Assembly (NCBI RefSeq): GCF_902459465.1
Contig: NC_047069.1
Coordinates: forward strand, 4,588,001 to 4,652,000
Reading direction: 5' to 3'
Length of the DNA stretch: 64,000 nt
Source: Asterias rubens
Taxonomy: Eukaryota
Position numbers and translations under genes: made by a program. Below, piece by piece: positions 21,801 to 35,338 of this stretch (position 1 is the first letter of the stretch; every line of letters begins with the position of its first letter). Below the pieces are notes generated by a model that was given only the letters and a program-made list of their open reading frames with translations, was not told the origin of the DNA and searched no databases.

Positions 21801-24800
21801 GTCTCCTTTGTGTTTATTGTTACAAATATATTAAAAAATATACGTGAGTAATATATCAAACACTAGATGCATTTCATTAATGCACTGTTGCACAATATAC
21901 AATATATATCTGGTTTTTCCATTTCACTTGGCTTTGCCTCAAGAAATGGAACAGTCCAGATTTCACCCTCGTAACCATATTCTGCACCAATGCATGCATC
22001 AATGATGTACTCATATCCACAGACATCGTCTTTATTTGACACAAGATGTAATTCAAGACCCCATGAAAACCAGATGGTCTTTCACATGAAGATCCATCAA
22101 GTACTCAGAATGTGCAGCAGTACATTGTGTAGTAATAGAACATTCACTGTGGCATGTGCCTCAAGGTGCATGTTCGAATGCATTACATACTGTCTGCACA
22201 TTATAATAATGATGTGATGTGATCTACAGTGTGGTATACTTGGCTATGGTGCAGTGATGATATGTCGCTGTCAGCACATTTGACACTTTAACATGTGCTG
22301 TACAATACATTCTTTTGACAAATTGAATGCTAGAATTTTAGAGTGTATATAGTATAAAATTAAAAATGTCTGCATATTCTTTCTTGGTTCATTTGATAAA
22401 GTGCATGTTGCGATTAAAAAAACAAAGTGTTTTTTTTTGTGCGGGGTCATTACAAAAGTTTGACTCTTTCAGCACGAAAATTTGACATCAATTTTTAGCA
22501 TGTTATATTTTGTTTTAAATAGTATCCTCGCAGTAACTGTTTATTTTTTGTGTAAAATGGCAGCTCAACAGGGAAAAATTGACAGTGAAGATTCCAGTTG
22601 AATCGTTGTCTGTTTTGAAGCAGAATCATGTAGATTACAGTAGGATAAAACTACAATGAACAAGAACAAGTGTACAATGCTGAATTCAAACTTGAGTTGT
22701 GTCAACAAAGGCGTACAAGAATTCCCCCAAAAGTTCTGGGGAAAAAAACAGTGGGGAAAATGCACAGCAAGAAGAAAATGTATTACAATTGCTCATGAGT
22801 ATACTTTCTCAAAATGTGGGGCAAATCAACCCCTCTGCCCCCTTATAAATGTTTTAAATTATTATTTACGCGACTATCCTAAAAACATTTTTCTGTAATC
22901 TTTTTATCACTAACACTTGACAATAATGAAACTTCTACAGCTAAATTATATTACATACACTTCATTCACAACGAGTAGGGATTAATTTCATGGCAAAAAA
23001 ATTTGATCTACAAAAGGTATCAAATCCCTTTAACACATGGGAGTTGTTTTTTGTTGAGTAACCAGTTGAACATGTACACATGATCCACTCCCGAAGACAG
23101 CACCCAGATGGATCATTATTAATAACCAACCGTTCTCTCAAAGCCGCTCACACTGTGTCCCTGTGCCTATAGTGGCCTGCCTCGCCATGTGGAACTAACG
23201 CGGTAATTACATCACTGTATAAATATAGACAGTGGCAGGTGTTGAAAACCGAGCCAGGTCTGTCGACCAAGGATCCAATCTTGAGAATTTCCTGTCACTA
23301 TGTAAATTTTGGGTTTTATTCTTGAAAGGGCACAGCAGTTTTCCTATGGTAACCACATTAAGGGAACCACATTTCACCACAATGCAGTACTTTGACTCAC
23401 CCATTAATTTAAAATGTTTTTATTTGTTCTAGGTTCAAGATTATTGTCTTGGGACATCTTTTCCGACAATCAAATCTGTGACGTTGATGAAATGTCTTCA
23501 AGATGATCCGAAAGAAGTCCCTGAGGTCAGTGCTTAATTTCTTTTTTGTGATGCCAGGTTCCCATTGTTGTGCGATCCATTATGAACGCCACGAATTGGA
23601 CATTTAAAGCTGATCCTGGAAATTTTGTTTCCTTCTCTGAAATTCCACATTTGCCCTTTTCCTTTTGCCTCTGGCACCCTTGGGTGGCATCTCTAAAAGG
23701 GTCCAAAAATACTAGCAAAAGCAACTTGATATTAAAGATGTGCTCTCTTCAAGTGCTATCGCTAAATGAAGGGCATTCGATCTTGTCCGGTATATATATG
23801 AGCGCGAGAACTCGTAACGCGAGAACTCGAAAGTGGTATTTTACTGTTGATAAAACATGCAACCAGTTAATAATAGATCACACATTTTTTTGCAAACAAC
23901 GTTGTGGGGACTTGGTATTGCTGTTCTATTATTCCCTTTTCTAAAGTATCCTGTTCTGGGGCAGAAAAACGCTGTGGGGATTTTTTTTTCCATTTTGTAA
24001 AAGTCCCCACAACTCTGTGTATGCTTGAAACCCACTTTTTGTATTGTGCAGGGATGCAACTTTGTAGCTGATTTCCTGTTGTTTTAGTAGTGGCAAAGAA
24101 AACTGAAAACTGTACAACGTTGAGTGTGGTTGGCTTTTCAGTTCCTCCTTGATTGCATTTTCCCTGAAATATTTCTCTGGGGTTTTCTTTCACATCTAAA
24201 ACTGAATACTTCCTTCTTCAGTGCCTTCTCTCCATTGCGTTCTTGGCTAGTAAAGTGGTTAAGGTCGCTTTTCTGGGAGTCCTTGACTTCACAACCAGAA
24301 TAAAAAAATGAAGATGGGGTTATGCATAGATCTATGTTTATCTTCTACCAATTCCAATCCGAATTGAAACTAAAGTGCAAGGTGCTCATGACCACCGCAG
24401 ATCATTCAAACTTAAAAACACTCTTTTTATGTTCTTTATCTGTAGTAAGTGTGAAGAAGTTTATGTACTTAATGTGCATTTTGTTCTTTTGTAGGAAATT
24501 GATGTTGCAGCGGAAATAGAATACAACGGTGGTCTGAGGGTCTCAGTTGACGTGGATCTAGTGTTTGGAACAACTGCCTATGTGTCGGTCACTGTCACCA
24601 AACTCAAGGGTCGTATTCGACTTCAGTTTAGCAGAAACCCATACACACACTGGTCAATGTCTTTCTATGATGTGAGTGGACGGATTCTATTTTTTGGATT
24701 TGTTAAACAAAAGTTATGTAGCACCTTTGAAGTGTTTACAATCTGCTGTGTTACACTCAGCAGCCACTGCCAGAAACATTAGGGCAAACCTCTTCTCTAA

Positions 24801-27800
24801 GTGATTAAGTGTAACTGGGTTATTTCACCTGCGTTACACAATACTTGGAGATTAAGTCCCATGAAGGACTTAGCAATATTGGTTAAGAGCCTGCTTAACA
24901 TGGACTCAAACCCGGACTCTGCTGAACAGAAAGCACCAGCGCTTGACTGCTCAGTCACAACATACCAATGTCTTTTTTCTTGAATTGATATTGGTGATGT
25001 ATTCGTGCATATAGATTGTGAAAAAAAAAACTAAGAATTGCTGAATGGCCAATTTTACAGGACAAAATCTGCACCAGCCCTTGTGCCAGGTACTATCTCT
25101 TCTACGTGTTATAAAAAAAATCACGACATCTTGACATATTTGTGCCTGTACAAATATTATCTTAGTTTCTATTAAAAGTTGTAACCTTTGTTCATTAACT
25201 TTTGAATAATATTTGTATTTTATTTTTAGCATTGTTTACAATATTGTACTGTTCTCGTTAAATTCTAGGGACATGCGAATCTTGATTGTAAAACTTAGAG
25301 TTGTTCATTTCAAGTCTTTAGATTCTTAAAAACACTACTTTTTATGACTGATACAGGAGCCCGAAGTAGAGTTTGAAGTGGAGAGTCATTTTGAAGGTCG
25401 TTCAGTACCGAAGCTTGGATCTTTAATTGTCAGTCAAGTAAGTCAAATGTAAAGAGACTTAAAAACAAACACCCCCTCACCATCAAAACATACATGTGGC
25501 TGATGTGAACTACATGTAAATACTAATTTATATCTTTATGCAAAATAGCCACGAATGGCCAGTTAGTTTATAGACCAAGCAGTCTCTTCTTAAAATTCAA
25601 AATGTTTTCGATCAGTGTGGAACATTAGATTATTATGTTAAATACTACTGCATTAACCCCACATTTTCACACTACACTTTAATCTGGAGAATCTCCCTGT
25701 TATGAGAAAACAAATTTAACACAGAGATTCTGCTGATCAGAAACACCAGAGCTTGAGTTTGATGCTCTCTGCTAGAGCAATTGCCAAGAAGCAGACTGGC
25801 GTGCACAGCATCTGTCTTTACGAAACACAACTTTACTTGTTTAACTCTCCATACAGCTCAGGAAAACATTGAGAAAGAAGCACACCCTTCCAAACTATAA
25901 GATGCGCTACCAGCCTTTCTACGTCAAGCCGGCGCCTCCTCATAGCAGTGGAGATGTCTACGTTCATGATGCCAAGATAACAACTGGCAAGATGGCGGTC
26001 ACAGTGATTGAGTGCAGTAGGTTATCAGTATCAGCAGCGCAGAAGGGACTGTCGGAAATCTACTGCACCTTGTCAGTCAGTAAGTGTGTGAATCTATTTA
26101 TTTATCTACTTTGAATGCACTGTGGTCATGCGCAGTACCTCAGGCATCCAAAGCTCCATGTGGTCTTCAAGTTCCAGCGTCGGATTCTCCCGTACTCCGT
26201 TGTCAAATTGGCAGTTTTGATCCCAGTTGTGCACCTGTTCGAAGACTTCCACCAAGTCTCATGTGTGAATTTATTGACTTATTTATTTGTCATGCACTGA
26301 CGTTACATAAGGCGCCACTCCCTCTCAGAAATTTAGTGATTGTCCTGTGAGCAAAGAATGGTGAGCGCAAGTGCAAATTTAAGAGTTAGCAGAGCCATAA
26401 AGTTGGACTCTTGTGAGAAGGCACCAGTGTCTCTTTTTATTAATGGCATGTTAGATGGCTGTGCACTCCTATCAGAGAGATTGACTATTCCCTCATTTTT
26501 TTTCCTAATAACAGACCCAGATCCGTGGAACCAAGAAGATATTGTCCGCCGCTTCCCGGGGGAAACATTTGAGGTGGAGTTGCCCAAAGGTGGCCCTCGA
26601 GTGGGCGTCACATTTAGGACTGGGTACCATGAGTATGACGTGGTCATTGCTTCCATCAATCGAGATTCGCCGGCTGGCCAAACTGAGCTCAAAAAGGTAA
26701 GTTAGCAGACAACACTTTGTCATAGGTTTAGTAGGGATGTACCGACAACAGGCTTGGTGTTTGCAGTATTGCTGTGGGTTGTGAAAAGATCTTGGACCAA
26801 TTTATTTAGTATGAAACTTAATTTTTGCAATGATAATGTCACAATTTAACATCATGAGAAAATACAATTAGCTGTTGCAAACTGCTTACCAAACAAATGG
26901 ATTTATGGTATACAAATGCAAAAAGATATTGACCTGATGTTTCGACACCATTGCAGAGTTTTTTCAAAGGCTAAGAATTCAAAATCACATGACTTGTTTA
27001 GCTTCATCACTTTTTGTATTGCCTTATTTGAGTAGTTTATATACTTATGTATATATTGTGTTTTTCTCTTGGACCCTTTTTGTAGGGGGACCTTATTCTT
27101 GCAGTGGAAGGAATTCGAGTGACATCAACTAAACATGCCGCTAAGCTCATCAAACAAACCAAGGACAGGTATAACAGTATTTACTACTTTGGTGTGTACA
27201 CTCATTTTTTGGTTAAAATAAAAACTTGACATAGGAGGTAGAGAGCTTCTTTTAATTGAATATGATAATGCCACAACTCTTTGCTTTCTCAGGTGTCTAT
27301 TAAGAGTGCAGCGTCCTGCCCAGCCCATTGATATGACCCAAACAGATAGCCACACAACCACAGACAGTGGCACACAGAAGAATGTTGAAGTGGTGGATGC
27401 ACAGCTAGACGACAATGACTACGAAGATTTCATCAATGTGAAAATGATGCAGACTCTGTTGGTGAGTGCTGATGAGGTGGACCTCTTACCACGGGCACCC
27501 ACTGCTCCAGGTGGTCTTCAAGTCCCAGCGACAGATTCTCCAGTACTCCGTCGTCGAACTGGCAGCTCTGATCCCACTTCTGCACCTGTTCGAAGACTTT
27601 CATCCAGTCTTGACTACTCCACCCTGAGGAATCTCTCCACAGCTGTGGATCGAGAAAACAGACTTCAGAGCATCAAGATGCTGTTTAAGGAATCTATGCA
27701 GGCCAAACCGGGTCCGAGGAAAAAACAGAAACAGGTCAAGAATCCAGTGATTTCCAGTTTGCAGGGACAGGGGGACGCAGACAATCAAGAGGTTGACCCT

Positions 27801-30800
27801 GACAAGATAAGTCTTAACAGCTTAGCATCTTTGCCTGATGAGACTGATATGGCGGGAAGTTCCAATACAGCATCTGTGGTGACTGGATCCTCTGCATCCA
27901 TTGGTGGAGGGGACCAGGCAGCAACTTCTGAACCAGCAAACTCTGAGTTTTCAGGCTATGATGATTTATATGAAACATCTCTAGTTCCTGCTTTTGACGT
28001 GAGTTTAATATCAGTAAAAAATAACTAATCAGCTAGTTGTTTGTTAAGCCTTATTGATCTAGGTTGTATATCTTTAAGGACATGTCACATGGGACCATGT
28101 TCCTTGAAGCAATTTACAGGGAACCAATTCCAGGCAATCCCAAACAAGAAAATTCATTCACATTTTTTTTAAAATTAATTTCTTAAAGGTTAGCATACAA
28201 AACTATCCCATTCATATTTACCAGGAACCACTCTGGGACGAAACTTTCACTTTTGAGATTGACGAGTACGATCGTTATCTCAACGTATGTGTGTGGAATC
28301 GCATCCCGCTTTCCAGTGGAACTAAAGACATCTTGATTGGTTACACATGCGTACCGCTGATGGATGTGGCCTTACAGTGCCTCAACACCAAGGCTGGGGA
28401 ACATCTACAGCTGTGTAAACTACATCCTCCGGAACAGAGGGCTGGGGCAACGTAAGTGGCAAAGTTAGCTCATATAGTGTGTACTCGAACAGGTTCTCAA
28501 CCCTTTTGAGCATAATTTGTTTGCGGTTTGTGTTTTACTGAGTTGTAGTTTAAATATTTGGCTCCGAAATTTGCATACGTCTCTCTGTAATTTATCTGAT
28601 TTTTAATGCCTAGCAATAATGGACATGTATTTTGTGCTGGTATCTGCATTAACATTATCACCTCCATTATTTGGCAAGTTACTTAATTCCTAAACATTCC
28701 ATACAAAATTGGGTATGTAGATCGAGTTGTTAACCACCAGTTCTTTCCAGAACCAACACTACTCAAAAGAGATATTCACATGGTGTTACCGCAAACCTCT
28801 CTTAGCTAACAGTATTATAATTTCCCCCTCCATCTCGTTCTGAACACTTTCACTGGTCCTCTTTATGTAGTCGGTTACCTGGCCAGTCCTACTTGTACCA
28901 ACACTCTGGTTTTGAGAGCCGGCTTTGCTACGGTGACGTCACCCTCTTCTTCAATCACACACCGTCTGGGGAACAACCTCCATCCCAGGAAGATCTAGAC
29001 ACGACCGAGTCTCTACTCAAAGAGCTCCAGAGTAAACACAAGACACTGGCAGAGGAAAGATGGAAGACACTCAATAAGACCAAAGGCAACAAGTACACAA
29101 GGCCGGATGAACTTAAGTAAGAAACTCTGTTTTTAAAGGGAAACTTTGTTATCTCCTTAAATGGATTTACTCCTTTTGGTTTTTACCCATATACACGGAT
29201 GTGTGTCAACACTATATACTCAATACTTACCCAAGTTCTGAGCAAAAAATCACAGGCATATTACTCAGGTGGGATTCAAACCCAAAACCTTTGCAATTCT
29301 AGAGCAGTGTCATACCGAATAGAATCCTATGTTTTAGCAGCGGGTACTGCAAACGTTTTAAATTGAAATGTGAAATTTGAATTGTATACGTTTTGTAATT
29401 GGATCCAAGTGTTTGTCTCAACCCTATGTGTGGTTATAGAATATACTATGAAAATAGTGAATGTGGGATAAATTAGTTTTAAAGGCTTTGTTTTTGTTTT
29501 TTCATTTCTGTGCAGTTTATTTCCAGGGTTACAGCATAGGTTTGTTGGAACTCATTTTTCAGTACCTACAAGATGTGATTTCTGCTCTAAAAAGGTAAAA
29601 ATTGTGTGTTGTCATTTTTTTTTTATTCACTCAATTTTTTCGGATAGTCACTACCAATGCATTTTTCTACACAGTCTTTTGTTAAGAGCTTTAATATATT
29701 AACAACAGCATCTGTAATAATTAATTTTCTTAATTTATTATATTTTGTCCATACAATTGTTCCTGCTTAGCTTTTGACTAGTGCCATTTGTTCAGCGCCC
29801 TAGAGCATGCCTACATAAAGGGGCTATAGAAGTCTTGATGTTATTATATAGTCATGTTGGGTCTCAGAATCCATCACTGCAATAGCCTATCTTTCTGAAA
29901 GTGTGTATATACTCCGCGCCTTGAGTACCTTGTTTGATAGGTACATGCGCTATATAAGACTTTGATTATAATGTTGAAATTTTGTATACATGACCATTTT
30001 TATCAATTCAAACTTTTTTTTTTAGGTTTGGACCAAATATGCTTTCAAATGTCAGATTTGTCAGTTGATTTGTCATAAGAAATGTTCAGAGAAGACGCAA
30101 GCTCAACTACCATGTGACAGGTACAGTACAAATTTGCTATTGCTTCATTCATTTGATCTATGCTAACGTTGTATGCTGTTTGTCCTTATATTAACTGTTT
30201 TTGAATCATGGCATTTGTTGGGCTTAAATGCGGTTTTTGACTAATGCCTGTATTTTGTTTTTCAGCTCTTTTTGTTTTAGTGAAGTTATTTGTCTTTTGG
30301 AATTTGAAAAGATTCTTAGAGATCATAGGAAATAAATAAAACATAACATCCAACATTATTTTGATATTCGAACCATTGGTTTTCACTTTATCCTAAATAT
30401 TTTACATTAAGGTATTGATGTCCAGAACTATAAGCCTGTGTTTCAAATGGTTTGTATTATCAGCTTGGTCTTAGTTTTTGTCTTGGCTTTTCAGGTCTAA
30501 TTGGTCTGAGTCTCACACTTTCATATCCAAACTATATACCTGCAGCATTGGAGCTGATTTTGAAGCTGTTACAAGCTCTTTGAACTTTAAGGCTGTGTTC
30601 AAATTGATTGATTTTTAGCAGTGGCTACAGCCGCAATGCCAAAAAGTCCTACTTAATGTTCCCATTGCAGTCACTGGACATGGCTTAATCGTTGCTCATT
30701 TTGGCCTGAAGAAGCTAACAACGGCTTCAGTGTTAAATATTTTGTTTTCTCTCATTTATTATTCATTCCACTTATTTTAAAAGTGCTAGATGTTTTTGCC

Positions 30801-33800
30801 TTAAAGAAAACTGTTTCCAAGATGAAACACTCTTGCACCTTATTTCAGAACTGTTCACAGAAACTGTCATGATGCCCTGGGACTGGAAGATAATGTCTTC
30901 TAGTTGCTTAGCGCCCTCGTGCAATGGTTGGTGACCCTTGTATCTTGCACAATGACTGTGGTGCATTGTTGCGCATTCTTGCATGGCATGACCCTGTCAT
31001 CTTCCGAAAAAGACAATTTAACCTACATAACACTACCACAACTGCAAGTAGCTGATTTATTATTTGATGCATAGCCCACAAATTAAGGCTTTCTTCATAT
31101 GGTGTAGTGAATTCATTGTACCATCACTTCAACTGCACATTGTTTCTCAGCCTCTCTCAAATTTCTCAGGTTTTGGATGCTTTTCTTCATCTGAAATTTT
31201 TCTGGGTAGAATTCAATGTCTACCTTTTGTTTGTCTTTTGAGTGGCTAACTTTCTTTCCAGGGGATGGTACATCATTACCTCTTGGAAGAGGGCATTTTT
31301 CCCATTCTGGTTTACAATTAGGAAATAAAAGAGTAGGCGGTGAGGTCTTTATAAACAGCCGCTCAAAACCAGCAGGATTATGGTCGTGTGATAAAAGATA
31401 TAGCCAAGGCAACCATTTGTCCCTTAGAAAAGTTTACATTCATCTGCAAGGGGGTCATCCAATTACCTTAATAAAACACTTTCATTGTAAGTACATTCTC
31501 TTATCATGCATTCTCAGAAAACAAGAGGAAGCTTCAATTAGCTACTGTTAGTCAAATCCATAATACCTGCAGCTTAAACAGACCTTGGTGTAAGCATGTT
31601 TTGTATGGAAAGTTTTTAGGTTTTTGGTTAACAAGTACATACTACCATTGAAATCCAACCAAAATTGAATATTTCCTTTGTTACAACACTAATGTACATT
31701 AACATGTCCCAGTGCAGTATGTCCATTGTACAAATATTACATACATATGAGTGAATTGTCAGGGAATGTAGTCACAAGGTGAAGTATGGACTCTTCCGGT
31801 TCATGAGGTGACTCTGCAACAGTGCGCAAACTGAATGCATGCAATGTCCGTTTAATGTAAATCACACATAGATCCTTGTCATTTGATATTGTTTTCCCAA
31901 CACCTGCAAAATAAGAAACTCGACCATCCCACATTCTGACTATTATAAAAACAACTTCTAAACTTGCCTCATTGGGACAAAACTTGGAACAACTATTTTG
32001 AAAATGACGCTATGACAGCGTCCAATAATTTCTTATGTTGGACTCTAATATTAAATTGTGGAGCATCGTGGCAGCAAATACATAGCAAAATAAAGGATGA
32101 CACGTGACGCGTATTCGACCAATGGAATGATAAGAATCTGTGTGTGTGGTATGTAACATTGAATATAACTTGCATAAAAGCCAAATTCATACTTTACACA
32201 CATATTGATGTAAGACAGTGAAGCACTCTGCATCATGGTTATGAAGCCATTATTAATCAAATCTTGTGTGCCCGTTGACCTTTGATGATATAATTCTACT
32301 AGGTACTAATATATTTGAGCATGTATTTTCCACAGCCATATGGTGTTACAGTTGGCCTATATTCATTCTTGATTTGTTACTCAAATGTTGCACTGGTCCT
32401 CATATCGGTGAATTGTTTACTTCAAGACAGTGGACACTATTGATAATTGTCAAAGACTAGCCTTCACAGTTCGTGTATCTCAACATATGCATAAAATAAC
32501 AAAGCTGTGAAAATTTGATCTCAATCGGTCGTCGAATTTGTGAGATAATAATGAATGGAAAAAACACCCTTGTCACACGAAGTTGTGTGCTTTCTGATGC
32601 TTGATTTCAAGACGTCATATTCTAAACTTGAGGTCTCGAAATCAAATTCGTGGAAAATTACTTCTTTCTCGAAACTATGGCACTTCAGAGAGAGCCGTTT
32701 TTCACAATGTTTTATACCATCACCTCTCCCCAATACTCGTAATCAAGAAAGGTTTTATGATGATAATTATTTTGAGTAATTCCCAATAGTGTCCACTGCC
32801 TTTACCATCAAACATTTCTCTTGTACATGTTAAACATAAAACAGGTTCAAGCATGACTTTTTAAAATTTATATAATATAGTATATAGGCCTATAAGTCTT
32901 TATTATTTCTGAAGATACAAAAAGACCTTTTTTGAAATCATGGGTACTGCTCCTCCAGCATTCATAACAATTTTCATCCGTGTACTTTCTGCCTATGATA
33001 TCTCATGCAAAAGTCTCCAACAGTTGGTTGATGGAATCTGTGCGGGGGGATAACCTGATACCCATTCTGATTCTGCTTAGCATTTTCTTAAAGTATTGCT
33101 ATTAAGCAAAGCTGCTAAGCAAACGTGTTAGGAGCAGAAGCCATTGCTCCTTTAAGGCACCTGTAAGTACATCACTTTCAGCAATTAAAATTTCTTCAGT
33201 AATGGTGCAAAATAGTACTTTATAAATTCTTTCACTAATCATCAAAGTATAAACTGTTTTATAGAGCTCAAAAATGTGATGCCCATTCGACAATTAGGCA
33301 TTTTTCAGGAAATGGAACTGGTAGTAAAAGTGAAGAAAACAAAATTATCGTCCATGATATCTATGTGATGTGATACCTTAATCATGCTGTATAGTGAGAA
33401 ATACTTATTTTATAGGCCTAAATTTACAAATGTAGCTGTAATTTAATAGCTCTACATGTATTTCTAGTCCATTTGTTTAGGAAATAAACCTAGTCTGACA
33501 TGTAGACATTAAGACGTTAATCAATCTGCAAAAAGGTCCACTTTAGAAAAAGCGAAACTCAAATAATCGGTGACCCAATTTTAAAATTAATTTTTGTTTT
33601 AACTGTGATCGCTTTATGTGCATCATGAAAAGGAGGTATTAATCCTTCATTTATTCGGGAAAACAAATAATATCTAGGCCTAAGCCTGCCATTATACTAA
33701 TTGGAAAGTACGTTTTGATAATTGTTTACTCTCTGTTCTTCTTATTGTCCACAGTCTTATGTTATCTTCGGATTGTAAATTCACCACATTACTTCAGTAA

Positions 33801-35094
33801 AACACTCCCTGACTTTTCTCTCCAGAACCAAAGTGTGGCGGAAACCGGACCAGTCCTCCCCGCAGAAGGATCTGAAGAATCTAGACCCCTCCCCTCAGAC
33901 AACGCCTACAACGCAGCGGCGGGGCTTATCCCCGCAGCCCTCCCCCAACCCCTCCCCGGTCCCGTCACCTCATGACTCCTCCCAGTCTTCGGACGAAGAG
34001 GAATACGATGATATCAACACGGCCGTCCGAGGTCTGAACCGACTGAAGAAGGATCTCAGAGACCTGGCTAGAGCTGAAGGCAACCGCATCGATGACACCG
34101 ATGCTGTATTCATGACAGCTGCTAGAGAGGCAAGTGCAGTTTTCAATTTGAATAGCAAAAAGAAATTGGGGTGTTATGGCTTAGTAGTTAAGAGCATCAG
34201 ACTCAAGCTCTGGTGTTTCTGATCAGCAGAGTGTGGTTTCGAGTCCCGGTCTTGACACTTGTGTGACCAAGACACTTAACCACTATTGCTTTGTCCTTGG
34301 TGTGACACATAAAAAAAGTTGGTACCATGTGGTGTGTAATGCTTATAAAAGAATCCAGTTACACTTACTGCTAACAGAAGGAGAGTACCCGTGTTTCTAT
34401 CAATTGCTGTTTAAATTTCGTGTTTTAGTCTAATAGTTCAAAGAGCTCCACCCTCCATGATAATTTAAGAAGAGCAGTTTATAACTTTTCTCATACTTTC
34501 TTAAAATGAAGGAATGCTTGATAAATTTGTTACTGTTTGGTGTTTTTTTCAGCTCGGCCGGGAGTTGCATGTCGATCTTCCAATTGATGAGAGAAAGGAG
34601 AAACTGGAAGCAATGGTAAGGGGGAGTAAGGGGTGATAAGCTTTTTGTTTAGGGTTGTTTTCGGAGGGGGAGCTTTTCACTTTCATAAATTTCACTAGGA
34701 GAAGTTTAGTGCCCAAAATCTCCAAGGGAGATTGGCATAGTACTATATATCACCAGTAAATGCTATACCATCTTCTGATTGTTGTCAATAGGTAAGTAAA
34801 CTTCAGAAGGAGATAGACGCAGAGGTCGACCGTCAGCTGCAGTTGTCCCAAGAGATCCAAGCCGACCAGCACCGACCCCAGCAGCGCCTCAGCCAGCAGC
34901 AACTCCACCAGCGCCAACAGCAGCAGCAGCGCCATCAGCGCAAGACCAACAGCATGTCCCGTAGTGAAGAACGCATGCAGATGCTGGCTGTCCTGATGCT
35001 GCACTACTGCGCAGGCATACAGCACTGCAATGAGATGCCGTCGCCGCCGCCAGTGGAGGAGCAGAATGGAGAGGTGAATGACAGCTGTGGGTAA
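18859..35094 (+). CDS. PDZD8: PDZ domain-containing protein 8, ~1065 aa (TM-SMP-C2-PDZ-C2-C1-coiled coil). Coding exons 18859-19005, 20372-20560, 23433-23525, 24495-24671, 25357-25437, 25857-26079, 26515-26696, 27086-27168, 27293-27998, 28225-28451, 28871-29116, 29516-29594, 30026-30120, 33826-34129, 34553-34615, 34792-35094
   Basis: N-terminal TM helix. SMP motifs ESCNALNVLISFLFRELKD..VRRWVVRKMNVEFEELLTTK and LRKKHTLPNYKMRY. PDZ GDLILAVEG. C2 EPLWDETFTFEI. LCYGDVTL. C1 HRF..THFSVPTRCDFCSKKVWTKYAFKCQICQLICHKKC. C-terminal KLQKEID...LMLHYCAGIQHC. Phases consistent. Confidence 0.95.
19240..19372 (-). mobile_element. tRNA-derived SINE
   Basis: Reverse complement of the ...TCAAGCTCTGGTGTTTCTG.TCAGCAGAGTGTGGGTTC... 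head. Related to 34172-34400 and 60479-60575. Confidence 0.7.
20000..20295 (+). mobile_element. Composite repeat: ~190-bp body, then a tRNA-like module, then TTCAACCCAAAATT
   Basis: A-box-like AGCTCAATTGGTAGAGCGCC and B-box-like GGTTTAAATCC near the 3' end. Confidence 0.65.
26153..26259 (+). pseudogene. Intronic 107-bp copy of PDZD8 exon 9 sequence (27504-27610)
   Basis: Gap-free alignment with 15 mismatches in 107 nt, counted by hand. Confidence 0.9.
28721..28800 (+). mobile_element. Penelope-like 3' tail fragment
   Basis: GTTCTTT.CAGAACC...CATGGTGTTACCGCAAAC is shared with 44197-44320 and 60216-60346. Confidence 0.6.
29178..29355 (-). mobile_element. tRNA-derived SINE
   Basis: Same family as 36165-36365 and 44983-45159. 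Confidence 0.75.
32424..32803. mobile_element. Full-length ~380-bp MITE
   Basis: TIRs AAGACAGTGGACACTATTG / CAATAGTGTCCACTGCCTTT. Confidence 0.85.
34130..34552 (+). other. GC-AG intron of PDZD8
   Basis: GAG|GCAAGT donor. Joining to 34553 gives AARE-LGRELH in phase 0, matching the conserved C-terminal region. Confidence 0.8.
34172..34400 (+). mobile_element. tRNA-derived SINE
   Basis: GGTGTTATGGCTTAGTAGTTAAGAGC...GGTTTCGAGTCCCGG head plus a body shared with about 35545-35670. Confidence 0.7.
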
Positions 35095-35139
35095 GGTGTT
35101 GTAGTTGGTGTACATCATGGCAGTGTGATGGCATATAAC

Positions 35140-35338
35140 CCTATATCATAGAGCTGCTTAAGCACAAAATGTAGCTACATTGTAAGTGCAACAAAATCTT
35201 GCTTACCAGAATTAGAATACTAGCCAAACTACCATGTTACATGTGCAGCTTATGACTGGTAACCTGCCCACTTCTGCCTAGCAGAAAAATTGTTATGCAA
35301 TATGTTCTGCTTAAGCAGCTCTATGAAATTGGGCCCAG
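35140..35338. mobile_element. MITE with TIR (GGGCCCAATT)TCATAGAGCTGCTTAAGCA, downstream of the PDZD8 stop
   Basis: Inverted ends. A related half-copy lies at 42470-42637. Confidence 0.75.

Noticed and set aside
30770-31940. Minus-strand ORFs in PDZD8 intron 13 (30772-30984, 31113-31412, 31737-31934) as a nested gene
   Set aside because: Somewhat coding-like, but I could not join them in phase or recognise a domain; possibly a decayed element. A tblastx search would settle it.
32555-32789. Recurrent ORFs with FQM.DFETS.S..EV.KSN (3654, 32555, 37031, 41303, 53263)
   Set aside because: Chance translations of the same non-coding MITE.
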